From Bugula neritina (lineage: Eukaryota; Animalia; Bryozoa): a stretch of DNA of 64,000 nucleotides. Position numbers and translations under genes: made by a program. The stretch spans positions 6,105,751-6,169,750 of the forward strand of contig OZ037773.1 of assembly GCA_964035545.1 (NCBI GenBank), read 5' to 3'. This document shows, piece by piece, positions 12,873 through 25,225 of the stretch; within the stretch, counting starts at the first letter, position 1; each line of letters begins with the position of its first letter. The notes under the pieces were generated by a model. It made no database searches and was not told the DNA's origin. It saw only the letters and a list, made by a program, of their open reading frames with translations.

Positions 12873-13946
12873 TCACAAAAAATACAGGTGTTTAGTATAT
12901 TCAATGCTGTCAGACAACAATTGAGAACTGTTTCCTGTTTTATCGTTAGAAGCGAGACTTTCCAATTGCTGCCTCACCAGCTCCATATTAGACTTGAGCA
13001 ACTCGGACAATATCATTTTCCTCTTATATTCACCAGGATTCAGTTTTCGTGGAAACAATCTATTACATTCCTGAGGTTTAAGGTCGCATTCAACAGCGGT
13101 TGGTGCATCTGCACTGCTAATATTTGTAGACTGGGCTCCATTCTGAATAGCCCTGTGTCCATAAGATTTAGATAGTATAGCAGGTTTTGTAGGACTGGTT
13201 TTAGGATTAAAACCTTCAGTTGAGGTTGGAAACCCATCAACACCAAGTTTCATCGCAGATGCTAAAGTTTTCTGTTTTTCTTTCTTCAATTTCTCTAAAG
13301 CCTGACCAACACTAACAAGCTCATTTTCTTTAAATTGCAAATCTGAACGAAGTGTCTCTACGTCTTTCATAAATCGTCGTTCTTTTTCCGAGTGCTCCAA
13401 TCGCTGCCGAGCAGCCTCTGCATTCAGCGTTACTCTCACTTTATTAACCTGCGTCTCTTTATCTTTCAGTGTTGAACGCAGCCATTTTATTTCACCTTCG
13501 TGAGCATGCTGCTTCCGTATCAAATCGGATATCTGTTTACGCATTGTCTCTATGTCAACTCCATTAAGATCACTTAAATTTAATGCAGTCTGTGATTGGC
13601 TAATGTTAGAAGGTGTAGAAGGCTCTGATTTTGTTTCTACGGCAGAAGATGTGTAGCTGGAAGGCTTAGCTGTCACAACTGATGACACAGACAGCGGTCT
13701 CTTGAAAGTGAAGCTTCTAGGTTTGGAACCCTGTGGTGCCTCAGCCTTCTCGTTTGGCGTCTGCCGTTTGATTGGTGGGGCAGTTATTGCCTGACTCAGC
13801 TGAGAACACGTTGGAATCTCATTGGCTACTAGCTGCATGATGTCATCATCTTCCCAGTCTTCTTCCTCGGCAAATGGATCCGATTCGACGGCGCCTGAAG
13901 TGGCGGCAGCACCAAGTTCCAACCTTGCCCTCTTGTTAGAATGCAT
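12873..13946 (-). CDS. ATRIP: ATR-interacting protein-like, single exon, 357 aa, lacking the C-terminal helical region
   Basis: N-terminus NKRAR..AAA..DPFAEEEDWEDDDI..SQLSQ resembles the acidic RPA-binding motif of ATRIP. Coiled coil EGEIKWLRSTL..SEKERRF..LRSDLQFKENEL matches the ATRIP GEIKILRDSL..LQSELQFKDAEM pattern. Confidence 0.8.
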   Translation of the reverse strand: MHSNKRARLELGAAATSGAVESDPFAEEEDWEDDDIMQLVANEIPTCSQLSQAITAPPIKRQTPNEKAEAPQGSKPRSFTFKRPLSVSSVVTAKPSSYTSSAVETKSEPSTPSNISQSQTALNLSDLNGVDIETMRKQISDLIRKQHAHEGEIKWLRSTLKDKETQVNKVRVTLNAEAARQRLEHSEKERRFMKDVETLRSDLQFKENELVSVGQALEKLKKEKQKTLASAMKLGVDGFPTSTEGFNPKTSPTKPAILSKSYGHRAIQNGAQSTNISSADAPTAVECDLKPQECNRLFPRKLNPGEYKRKMILSELLKSNMELVRQQLESLASNDKTGNSSQLLSDSIEYTKHLYFL

Positions 13947-14062
13947 AAGTGTCAAACAGTATATATAATATATAAAATATATATTTTATATATAATAGTG
14001 TGTGTATTATAATGAGTAGCAAGTTTAGGCAGTGGAATTATTTGAGAAGTGGAAGGATTAAG

Positions 14063-14885
14063 TTATTTAGCTTGCTGTGTGGCTAAATTGATCTCTGTGA
14101 GCTGACTTTTCTGGAAGCGTGTGTAGCCAAACCTTCTGTCAAAGTGTTTAACCTGAAACCAGAGAAACGACCTTTGAACTGTTATTCAAAAGTTCATACA
14201 TATCCATTAGCAATAATCACTAGATCACAACTAAATATTGCTAGGGGATAAACTATTGGCAGTGAATTTTATTTATACCCAATGAAAAAGCGGCACACAA
14301 TACAAATTATTAGATTGATTAGCTGTTGGACCGCTTACCCAGGTGTTACTGCAGTTGCTCTCAAATACCTTGCGTAGTTCAACGCAGAGTGCTTTATTGA
14401 CAACAGGTGAACCAGCTGCGTCTAAACATTCCCAGTACTTATCTCTAGCATGCCAGCACACCTGTAAAAGAGTGTCACAGTTTTACTTGTATGCTCATGA
14501 ACAATATTTTACAACATTGTTAACTGCATTCAGGAATGAAAACGTCTACGCAAAATTGCTACAAAAGTTCTCTCAAATATAATGACCCATTATAAGACAA
14601 ACACATACATTTACAAATTCAAATATTAATTCAACACTAGAAAAGGTATTTAGCAGCATATCAATCACAAAAACGATGATAGTGAACATATATTTTTGTT
14701 TTGCCAGCAACATTATTAATGCAAATATTTTACAAATTTGATGTAAAATATTTTATAAATACAAGTGAATACAAATAACATAAATGGTTTATGCTGAAAT
14801 TAGGTAAATTCAGCATAAAAAAGAATAAACATCTAACCTCACGCTCAAGTTTGCTTGGTGCTTGATCAGGTACAACTCCGGGCAT
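14063..14885 (-). CDS. COA6: Cytochrome c oxidase assembly factor 6, 3 exons, 86 aa
   Basis: Exons 14885-14838, 14461-14339, 14152-14063. APSKLEREVCWHARDKYWECLD..C(x10)CSNTWVKHFDRR gives the CX9C-Xn-CX10C signature. Confidence 0.92.
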
Positions 14886-15159
14886 TTCAAAAGACCAACT
14901 TTAAGAAACTCTTATTTCTTGACTGTGCCAGCTTTAGACAAAATAAAAACACTAAATTTGTCAAATGTACATCGCTTATCATTAATAACTAAGCAAACTG
15001 CATATTAAATAAATTCACTGAATATAAACAGTACAGAATAATGTTATAATACACATTTTGAAACAAGTTTGCCTATAACAGATCATACATTTACAGACTG
15101 CAGTACATATCAATTTACGTGTATGCGTGTGTATAAATTTGAACTAATTAGCAAAACTA

Positions 15160-16045
15160 AAAGTGATACTCATACTGACTTGGTCTTGTGAGTAATACTG
15201 ATAGTGATATTAATAATTATATTCATAATCATTATCATATATATATAATGATAATGGCAAATTATAAATAATAGTGAATCACTGGTTCACATTGTGATAC
15301 CCATAAATCGATAACGGTAACCTATAAGGATAACTGTAAGCGTTAATCTTGAGTATGAATCAGAATATCAAAATGAATAATTAGATTTACTTTTAGTAAT
15401 TAAACATTATTCATTAAATTTAATGACTAACTCTAAGTAACGTAGTTTGTTTGAGTATCACTATTAGTATTAGTATGACTATGACATTGAGTTTGACTAT
15501 AAGTATAAGTATAACTATTAGTATTAATAATTATTATCACTATGAGTATGACTATGATAACTGATAACTGATAAGTATTAGTATTACTATTAGTATTAGT
15601 ATGAAATTTTGATTAACTATTACTAATACTATGACTATCAGACTTAGAGTTAGTAAGTGAGCATCAGTATCAGTATGAGTATCACTATGACTATCAGTAT
15701 GAGTATGAGTATCATTATCACTATCAGTATCACTATCCTCTATCAGTATCACTGATATCAGTATCACTATGACTATGAATATGACTATCAGACTTAGTCA
15801 CTTACAGTTACTCACTTAGTATAAGTATCAGTATCATTATAAATAAAATTATATTTATCATTATGATTATGAGTATGACTATCACTATCAATGTGAGCAT
15901 CACTATCACCATAACTAGTTAGTGACTGATTGCGATGCTCATACTGATGATCAAAATGTTAAACTGTTACTGTGTTACTGCTAGTAACAGTATCAGCCAT
16001 ATCCATACTCAAAGCCTCGAACTGACATCGATACTTATAGTTATA
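15160..16045. repeat. Degenerate hexamer-periodic tract (ANTATN / ATANTN blocks) in the 5' region of COA6
   Basis: AGTATC ACTATT AGTATT AGTATG ACTATG... with orientation switches near 15320 and 15920. Confidence 0.85.
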
Positions 16046-16270
16046 AAACTCAAAATGCAAAACTTCTTGTTGCCCATGAAGGTCGAATAAAGTTCAAAAT
16101 GCGTTATAATTGTAACCTAAAATAAACGCGTTTGTTAAATTTGTTTTGACAAAAGTTTATTTCAGTAATACTATACATTTAAACGCATTATTTGTTTTTT
16201 ACACAACTGAAATTGTGTAATTTACATGATGTTTTACGAAAAAAAAAACAAATTTTAGACAGATGTGAGT
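16046..16270. promoter_or_regulatory. Probable bidirectional promoter for COA6 (-) and NAA30 (+)
   Basis: Short non-repetitive segment with several CpGs between divergent genes; a strong + strand donor AT|GTGAGT at 16265 fits a first non-coding NAA30 exon. TSSs are inferred, not observed. Confidence 0.5.
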
Positions 16271-16469
16271 CGAGGCTTTCAAGCCAATATGGATGCCCCC
16301 ATAAACTTCAGTATTTCAAAGTCAAATATTATAAATATTTAAAATTCAAAGTTTGCCATAACTTCATTGCCTCTAATTAACATATGCTGTAATGTTTTTT
16401 TTATACATTCGTTGTTTCTTATTTTTTCTAACTTCTAATGTTAATGTAGAAGTTTATTTGCTTCTATAT

Positions 16470-16950
16470 CTTTTACTTTTAGTTTTAGTTAAATTACCAA
16501 TACTGGCAATAGTAATACTAATACTAATAGTAATAGTAATAGTCACCTACTAATACTAATACTAGTAATAGTAATACTAATAGTAATTACAGTTTCAGTT
16601 TCTAATTCTTAGAGTTGGAGTTAGTTGTTTACTTTTATATTCACATTGAAAAGTTTTTAGTTCAACTTTTCACTTTTAAATTTTATTTTAGATATTTTAA
16701 TACGTAGTGATTTAGTTCCCCAATAGCAATAGGAAGAGCCAAGGACACTACTCATAATCATACTCACTTAAATTTACGGTTACTAATAGTAATAGTAATA
16801 TTAATAGTAATTACATGTGGTACTGGTACTGGCACTCTGCTGGTACCTGTACGGTCACGGGTAGTACTAGTTGTACTGGCTTTGACTGTGCTTGTCCTGT
16901 GACCGTGTAGGTTATGTCAATTTGTCACTTTTACTTTTGGTTGTTAGTAT
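16470..16950. repeat. Degenerate hexamer-periodic tract in presumed first intron of NAA30
   Basis: ATAGTA ATACTA ATACTA ATAGTA..., later GGTACT GGTACT GGCACT..GGTAGT ACTAGT TGTACT. Confidence 0.75.
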
Positions 16951-18135
16951 TGTTGCAAGAGCTTTTTTGTGGCTTTAAAAAAATTATTATGTGATGAAAG
17001 CTCCTGCAACAAGTATTTTTAATTTTAATTCATTTGTTACAGTCGTAGTTTCGATTGAATTTGTGTACATAAGAGCAATGCAGATATTTCATTTTCTTTT
17101 TAGCCTAAAGATGATTATCAAGATGTTAAATTTCAAATTGGTTTAAAAAGTTAAAAACTATTTTTTTAGTAATGTTATACTTATAATAATAGAGATGAGA
17201 ATTCAATCCGAACGTGAGTTTGACTGCACAGTGAGATTTTTCTTTCACACTGTAGTACACCTATAATCCTAAACTCTAAAGAGAAGAAAGCTGTTGTAGT
17301 TTTTCTTGCAGTTATACTAATTGCTATTTTCATCACTTACTGATTTCAGATTTGCTTTGGTTTTTAATCTAGTCATTGGATGGCACTTTTTGACATTTAT
17401 TCTTCTTTCTAGCAGTTTCAGGCGACTACTCTGCATCTATTTGGCTTTGTATTTGCCGTGCCAGGTTGCTTCATAGCTTTCATAGTGTTAAGAGGTGCAC
17501 CAATATTGCAGTCCGACTTTATTGTTACTTATTAGTATCTACATGCATTAAAGCAAGATACTTCAGTGTATACGTCAGTGTCTCATGCATAGGACTGAGG
17601 ACTACAATTTTGCTCCTAATGATTTTTAATAACATGTCCCATTTTTACACTCAGATGCTACATGAATTGAATTTTTACCTATATATTTGCAGAATCATAC
17701 TTGTAATTGTTAATGTGCACAACTGATGTTCATTGGGGACTAAAAATGAGAATGACAAGTTTGAAACTTGCTTTAATTTTTTCACTTTATGTGTCTTAAA
17801 ACTAACGTTGACTATAATATGTCATTAACTAAAATTTGAGCCAAATACGTCTGAATTTCTGTATGCCGATTGGCATAAACATCATGTGATGTAATAACTA
17901 TCAAGAAAGTTTTACACAATTAAATGTATATTAGTGCTATCAAATATACTTATGTTAATTGTAAAGAAAATTTTTTTGAATTGGAGTAAGTTGTTTAAAT
18001 GTTTATGTTGTAATGTCATTTGCAACTTGTACTTTCAGAGTTTTAATTTTGATTTTCAGACCTACACCCAATTCTAGAACTGAAAAACTGGCCACTACAA
18101 AGCACTGGTATTCGCCATAATATTCAAGTTATAAT

Positions 18136-20204
18136 ATGTTAGGTGAACCTGCTGCGTCTCCCATTGCTAAGACAGATCAATCAGAGTCCACACTGCCTCC
18201 TGTGGAGAACGGAGCAAGTGCGGTAGACTATCAGCAACTGGTTAATAAATTACATAATATAACAGTTGATGAGTCAGTAGACACTTCGTTTGGGGGAGAC
18301 AATTCACTAACGTCTGCTCCAGTTACTACTCCACCCAGTTCTCCCTCTCGCAATAGTTTAGTCAATGGTTCTCAAGTGGCTTCAGCAGAAGACACTGAAG
18401 TCTTACTCTCGACAGATGAACACGGGTTCAGCTACGTTCGTTATGAGTCAGAATTACAGATGAGTGACATCATGACTTTGATCTCTAAGGACTTGTCTGA
18501 ACCCTATTCTATATACACTTATCGGTACTTCATCCACAACTGGCCAGACCTCTGCTTTCTGGTAATTCTACTTCTATACTTGCTCACGTTTCCTTCACAT
18601 TTATAATACATTAATTGAATTAAATAAAATAATTAATAAATGTATGATTAGCTTCTAAATATAGATTATGTATGATTAAATAAATTAATTAATAAATGTC
18701 TATTATTTGTTAGATTAGCTGCTGAATACAGATTATGTATAACTACTAGTCATAACCTATAAAGCAAGCTCTACTTATTGAACTATCAGGAATGTTGAAG
18801 TTGAGTTTTTTTAAGTTATGTTTTTTCTTTTTTCATCATTCATAGTCTGAGTGTATGATCATTGCAGGCAAAGGATGGCTCTGTAACTATAGGTGCCATA
18901 GTGTGTAAGCTTGACCCACACAAGAGAACTTTAAGGAAACGAGGCTACATAGCCATGTTAGCTATAGACCATAGCTATAGGAGAAAAGGCATAGGTGAGT
19001 CTACCAACATTACTTACCATCAGTCATTTAAATGTGTTGCTATTGACCTAATTTTGGAAAATGATACCTTTAAATGACCAAGCAAGCATTTCCAAGCCAA
19101 ACACCATATAATATATAATTATACTCATGAATCTGAGACGTGTAATATTATGGAGACCTCGAATACAGCCTGCTACTAATTTATTTTTTATTAAAAAAAC
19201 TTTGTTGGGAAAAATTAGGGGAATCAGATTCTGTCTGAATCCGATAGACTAGTTGTGTATAGAAATCTTGATAAGTATTCAGCAAATGCAGAAATGGTTT
19301 TGAATTCCATGAGTTTCTTGTATTTCACAGAAGTAAAGGCTTGTTCTGTGATTGACCTATTGACCTATTTGTAACTCACAGCTCACCATACTTTTGTTTA
19401 TGTATTGCTAGGCAGCCAGTTGGCGAGTTTAGCCATAAATGCTATGAGTGTCCAGCAAGCTGATGAGGTAAGACAACTACCACTCTGTCTTTATTGCTAA
19501 TCCAACTTGAAACTGTAAGTTATATTGTATTGAGAGACTAATCTTATATTTATCTAGTACATTCCAACTTCTTGTGTTTTATCAAGAGCCCAAACCATAT
19601 TATTGTAATTAAATAGATACGTTATCTATAATAGGATTTAGTTTGTTCAGACGTCTATTCTCTACTTGGGTGCAGTAGTGGAGAAATTTTAATAGCTCTA
19701 GCTCTTCAATTCTAATAAATTTTGGTTTGGGACATGATTGAAATTCTTGGGAAAACATAACTTCTTTTGCTAAATTTTATTGTTGGTAAAACAGACTTTA
19801 CTCAATTTCTCCATTACTGCACCTACCCCCTATGCTTTGTTGTACTGTTTATTTAGTCAATGTTTTAGCTCTACATGTAGTTGATGTTGGTGCTGTGCAG
19901 CATATCAATTTGCTATAATGGAGATTGAACAGGTGCCAAGTTTTTTACAACTGTTTCAAAATCGGCTAAATTTCTGTTTTAAGACTTCAATAAACTGAAA
20001 TACTTGTTATCGACATAACTTTAGATACGGCCTGCTTACCATTTCAACAGCATGTGATTCTTGTAGATTGTTCTGGAAACAGAAGTGAGTAATCTGTCTG
20101 CGTTGCATCTTTATGAGAAGTTAGGCTTTGTTAGAGATAAGAGACTGTATAAATACTACCTCAACGGTGTAGATGCCTTCCGTCTAAAACTCTGGCTCAC
20201 GTAG
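18136..20204 (+). CDS. NAA30: N-alpha-acetyltransferase 30 (NatC catalytic subunit, Mak3), 4 coding exons, 248 aa
   Basis: Exons 18136-18561, 18868-18994, 19412-19467, 20067-20204. Motifs [81 protein letters not shown] near 20308. Confidence 0.97.
19667..19825. mobile_element. ~160-bp MITE family, copy 1 (TIR ~AGGTGCAGTAATGGAGAAATT)
   Basis: Inverted ends GGGTGCAGTAGTGGAGAAATT / AATTTCTCCATTACTGCACCT; internal similarity to copies at 36.7, 38.1 and 50.0 kb. Confidence 0.75.
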
Positions 20205-20865
20205 ATCTCAAGCTATTGAAATGGTTATTTTAGGTTTTCTAATGGTAGAAATATAGCAGCAGGTTTTAAACTGTTATTTTCTGTGATGAACTGCTTTTCA
20301 ATTCAATAATAAATAAAGCATATTTTTATATTACGTAAGAAACTCTTTTTAGTTTCTAAGCGCATTTAGACTATTGTACATCTAACTAATAATGTCCAGG
20401 CGTTACTATGGCAACATGTAAAATATTTGTTATTTGTCAAGCTCTATTTTTGACTAGTCATCATTGTTCGATTTCAATCATTTCCAATGTCAAAAGTGAA
20501 ACTCATTGGTGAAAACTTACTTTTAATTGCCAAATTGGTGCTTTACATATTTAGAAAGCTCGCTCAGAGTGAGTTTGAAAATGCGGATTCAGCAAATTTA
20601 TTTTGTCATCTGCTGTATTGCCTTTTAAAAATACAAATTTACATTACACTACAGCATATTTATAAACAAGATAACTAAAAATAATTTTCGTTTGCAAATC
20701 CACTGCCATTTGTACATAACTGGTTAGTAAATTTTACAAAATTGGAGACCTCTGTCCTAAAGCCACCAGCTTCTGTAAACAATGTTGATTGGTAGTTTTA
20801 GTTTTTTAAAATCAGTATAGAAGTATTTCAAAAGCCTGTTGAGCTGCGCAGAGAGGGTGGTTTAG

Positions 20866-21986
20866 CTAGCGTCGATGAAGCACAAAGTAAAGTATTAGAC
20901 CGAGAGGAAATGCTGACAAAACTACTAGAATAATGCAGCAGCAGTGAGACTTTTTTATTTTAACCCGAGAACCACAGTGCAGGTAGTCTGATTGTTGGGT
21001 GGTGGCATCATCGTCCCCATCAAATGCTTCGTATTGAGCCTCAGCTCCACCTACAGTTATCAAATGTTTCGTATTGAGCCCCAGCTCCACCTACAGTTGT
21101 GATTCAAATTCTTACTGTTTAACATATTGGATCATATTTAGAATTTAACTTATGCAAGCATTTGTGTTGGGTACGTATATTAATAGCTATTTCGCTGTAA
21201 GAAAGGCTATTTTTTTAATATAAAACATCCAATGATTGTTGATCGATTTAATATTTCTCAATTAGTGAAACATTTAAATAGACTGGTTAAGAAAACCTCC
21301 AGTATGTTAGTTAAAGACTAAAATGCTGCTTTACCTTGCTTTCTGTATTTGACAGCTTTCTGTTCCCAATTAATTGTAACATCAGAGCTTTCGATTGGTC
21401 CATAACCTAAATCTCCTGACATTGGCTGAACTATTGACCAATTATTTGACGGCAATGCTATCTCATTGTTTGTGTCAATTACAGACAACTCCCTCTCAAT
21501 GTTGTGATTCGCTTGATCTGCTGCGGTGTCAAGCTCTGTACTGTCTTTAGGGAGGTTTAGTCCTAAATCGGTGTGAACTTCTGTTGATTGGCCAGTAATG
21601 TCTGCATGTAAAGTGCTGGTCTCGGTTGCAGCAGAATCACAGAGTTGTGTTTCCTTGTCTAGAGCTAGATTGTCATACGCGTGCTGAGCAGATCTCTCTA
21701 TGCTGTCGGATACGTCCAGGCCGCTGCCCTCGTACTGATCACTGTCTCTATGACCACATTCTGTTCTCTTTGGTAATGAGGTGCTAGAATCAGCTTCTTC
21801 TGCTGGTTTCTTATTTTCCAAATTTTTATTTGGTTCTTGTGACTCACTGCACGTCTGCAACTCACTTCCTGTGGAGCTTGTGACTAGATTATCTGGATTG
21901 TCATTTGATATGCTTTCAGTCCGTTGCTCTGGTTCCACTTCATCCTCACCTACCGACAAAGACATGTTTACCTCTCCGGAGGCCAT
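20866..21986 (-). CDS. Uncharacterised acidic disordered protein with C-terminal TM helix (tail-anchored), 2 exons, ~278 aa
   Basis: Acceptor 7 nt before ATG 21986; exon 21986-21335 (donor G|GTAAAG) joins in phase to 21050-20866, ending CCCIILVVLSAFPLGLILYFVLHRR*. No family recognised. Confidence 0.6.
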
Positions 21987-22576
21987 CTTAGCTCTGATGG
22001 TAGACACACTGATACACTTGCAAGTTATTATAAAGATCATATAATTGGAGATGCCTATAGTGTTACATTGATTAAGAGAAAACAAAGCTATTGTGTGCAT
22101 TGTCAATGTTTCAAGAATATGTAAGCATTACTGCTTGATCACCATTCAATATAACATAAACATTATTGATCTGGGTCTTTATATTGGTGATCACAATATA
22201 TAATAAAGGTAAGACAAATCTATCTCTTTGTGATGGAACTTGTCAAAAAATCACAATACACCATAGTAAAGTAGATAAATAATTATAAGGCTATTTGTTA
22301 AAAACTGTAAATAGATATTTTAATTTTTTAAATAAAGTGTAACAAGGTTGTTAGAGATTGCCGTTTTACCCTCCATGCTTCACTTTTGCACTCTTGTATC
22401 ACAATACCATTAAAGATAGAGGGAGATCTTTTGAATGGTGCAGACATAGAATTGTGCTGGACTGGAGTGTTGGAAAGAACTTTATAATATCTGGAAAGCT
22501 AGAGATAAATAACTAATATTATTCAGAGTCTTCAATATCTGGTCTTCTCAAAGCCAAGAGAAAATCTAAACAACTT

Positions 22577-24913
22577 TCAAGCAAACATTTGTTCCTGGGA
22601 AATGTCTTCAGAAATGCTGTAACCTATACAGAGCATGTAAAGCTAAAGACAGTTACTTTTATAGATGTAGAGAATTTTCTCAAGAGATTTGGTGAATAAA
22701 AGGTGCAATTCTTCAAACCCTAAATGCCCTCTTCAGGGCCACCAACTTACACTAAAGTGTCCCAGTTTTTTGAGGAACACCATTGATAAAGCGTCAATTA
22801 AGAATGTACAGGTCATTAAATTGACTATCTTTTTTTCACAAATGCTATATTTTCCAATAACAAACAGCTATTGATTTTAGTGAATGATAAATTCATTGAC
22901 ACCATGGTAGGCAAACTTAAAGTTTGTAATAATATAAAGATATATAAATTATAATAATATTATATCTTTGCATGTTTCTTTTGCACTAATTGCTAGTTAC
23001 GCACTGCAACTCCTTCAAGAAACTTTAAAGTTGCGTTTATACTTCTACTGAAAAGTGATATCATTGGTTTTTTATACTTGAATGCATGTAAAATAAATTA
23101 TACAATTTTCTATTAAATACATTCATATACCTTTGGATAGTTCACAGTAAAATGTTCCAAATGCAAATAATGTGCAGATAAAAAAAAGTTTCAGCCCGTA
23201 CAACTCTTCATGTTTAGCTTCCTTTGCTGATTGTAAAGCAGGTTTTAGTGCACCTAGTTTAGAACTTATGGTGAGTTTCACTTTCAAAGTGTATAATAGA
23301 TCACTTACTTATTAGAAAATTAATACCTTTAAAAGTTATGTAGTCTTGTACAACTGCATTATATAGGCAGACGTTGAGGTGAAAATCAAATTTCAGGACT
23401 CATGTAAAATCATATTATATATGATTTTGTGTTTTGTTTTAATTTCAAATCTTGTTCCAGATTTTGAATATGTAATATTTCTACCAAGATATGCAGCTAT
23501 AATGAAGATATTGTGGCTATACAATGCTGTTTTATATTTACACTTAAAAGATAGTAAACAATTCAATCAATACAAGATGACAATATTTGAGGTGGTGGTA
23601 CATATATCCCATAGGTCTTAATTCTATATATATATATATATATTTAAGGCATAGATATGTGCATAATGACGGTGCACTATATATTTGAATAATTTGCTAT
23701 AATCATATAGAATATCATTGAAATATCAAAATAAAAACAGTCATAAGAGATGCAAAGAACAGTACTATTACAAGGGAAAGACCAACTTTACTCGTTAATA
23801 GATCTGCTAATAAGCTAATTGCAGCCACCATACATGTTTCTCCTTCTCCTGCTGCTTGATCTGTTTTGTATTCTGTAACTTGAAAAACAGGTCAATTAAA
23901 TTAAAGTTGAATTAATGCCATATAATATTAGCATGTATCCATCTATAATGTATTACAATGTATTGAAACTCAATAATCTTACAGCGCAGAATGAGTCGTA
24001 ATTTTAACCCACCATCAGTCGTTGACACTGTGTCTTCATTCCCCTCACCAGTTGCCTGGATATGCCCCAGAGCTGAGGCTATCGAGTTTCTGCTGCCTGA
24101 ATTATTGTCACTCGATTTGTCACTATCCTGTCCAGAAACAATGTTCCCATCTATCCCACTCATTCTGCTCTGCTCCCTTGAGCCGGCTCTGCTCTTAGAA
24201 TTACCTCCCCCTGTTAACTTATGGTAGCAATTCCTTTGCCTGTGGGAACTTTCATTTCGATTGGCTGCATCTATTGGATGACCACCTATGCTAACAGACT
24301 CAAGGCTGTGATTAGCTGATGCATTGCTTGGGCTATTGTTCGAGCCTCTAGCTGTACCGCTAGACAAGTTTGTACTCCATATTATGTTGCTAGTGTTGGT
24401 GGGTAAACCAGATGACCTCCCTGCTCTGTTGTACTGAAACTCGGTTGAGGAATTTATGCCATTAACGTGAGTTGCTGAAAAGGAAGAACTGGCAGCAGGT
24501 GTACGTGATGCTATCGAGTTACTGTCATTTGGTGATGGCACTAAAGGGGTAGAACTCGTAGGTGCTCGAGAAGCAACAGAACTTTCATCATCTACTTGAG
24601 TCGCTGAAAAAGGAGACAGGGTAGACGCTGTACGTGATGTTATAAAACTACCGTCATTTGGTTGCCATGCAGAAAACACAGAGCTGTTGGCGGCTCGAGA
24701 AGCAACAGAACTTCTGTCATCCACTTGAGATGCTGAAAAGGTAGTAGAACTAGAGGCGCGAGATGATCTTACAGAAATATCACACGGATGCTGAACTGAT
24801 GCATTGGTACTCCAAGACTGTCTGGAATCATGAGAAGTTGGCCTTTCACTCGGTTGGTGAATAGAAGCAGATCTTCCAGTATCATTTGAACCAGAAAAAG
24901 ATAAGTTATCCAT
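22577..24913 (-). CDS. Uncharacterised Ser-rich repeat protein with predicted C-terminal TM segment, 4 exons, ~362 aa
   Basis: Exons 24913-24013, 23878-23834, 23226-23131, 22623-22577 join in consistent phase 1; internal 21-22-aa repeats; hydrophobic [17 protein letters not shown] near the end. Downstream exons are tentative. Confidence 0.5.
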
Positions 24914-25225
24914 AGGCAAGAGCCTAGTTGCGCTTTCAGCAATTGCCTAGAACATTCTAATATACGTTGGGGGAAACCCCAACTGAACTATTCCAAGTTG
25001 ATACTTTATATGCTATTATCGAATCAATATCAATCTTCTCAAAATTATGGAATATCAATGATGAATTGTATTAATATATTGTTTTAATTGATAAAATTGA
25101 CTGATGTGCAAAAAAGTTTGCAGCAAATAACGATCTTAATTCAGACAACAACAACTAATGAACATAGCAACAGTCTTTAGAATCTCATTAGTTAATCAGC
25201 TGTCTTAAAGAGAGAAGCTGATTGG

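Noticed and set aside
15552-15767. Hydrophobic ORFs within the periodic tracts (also 32832-33191)
   Set aside because: Alternating residues follow directly from the hexamer periodicity; no splice or homology support.
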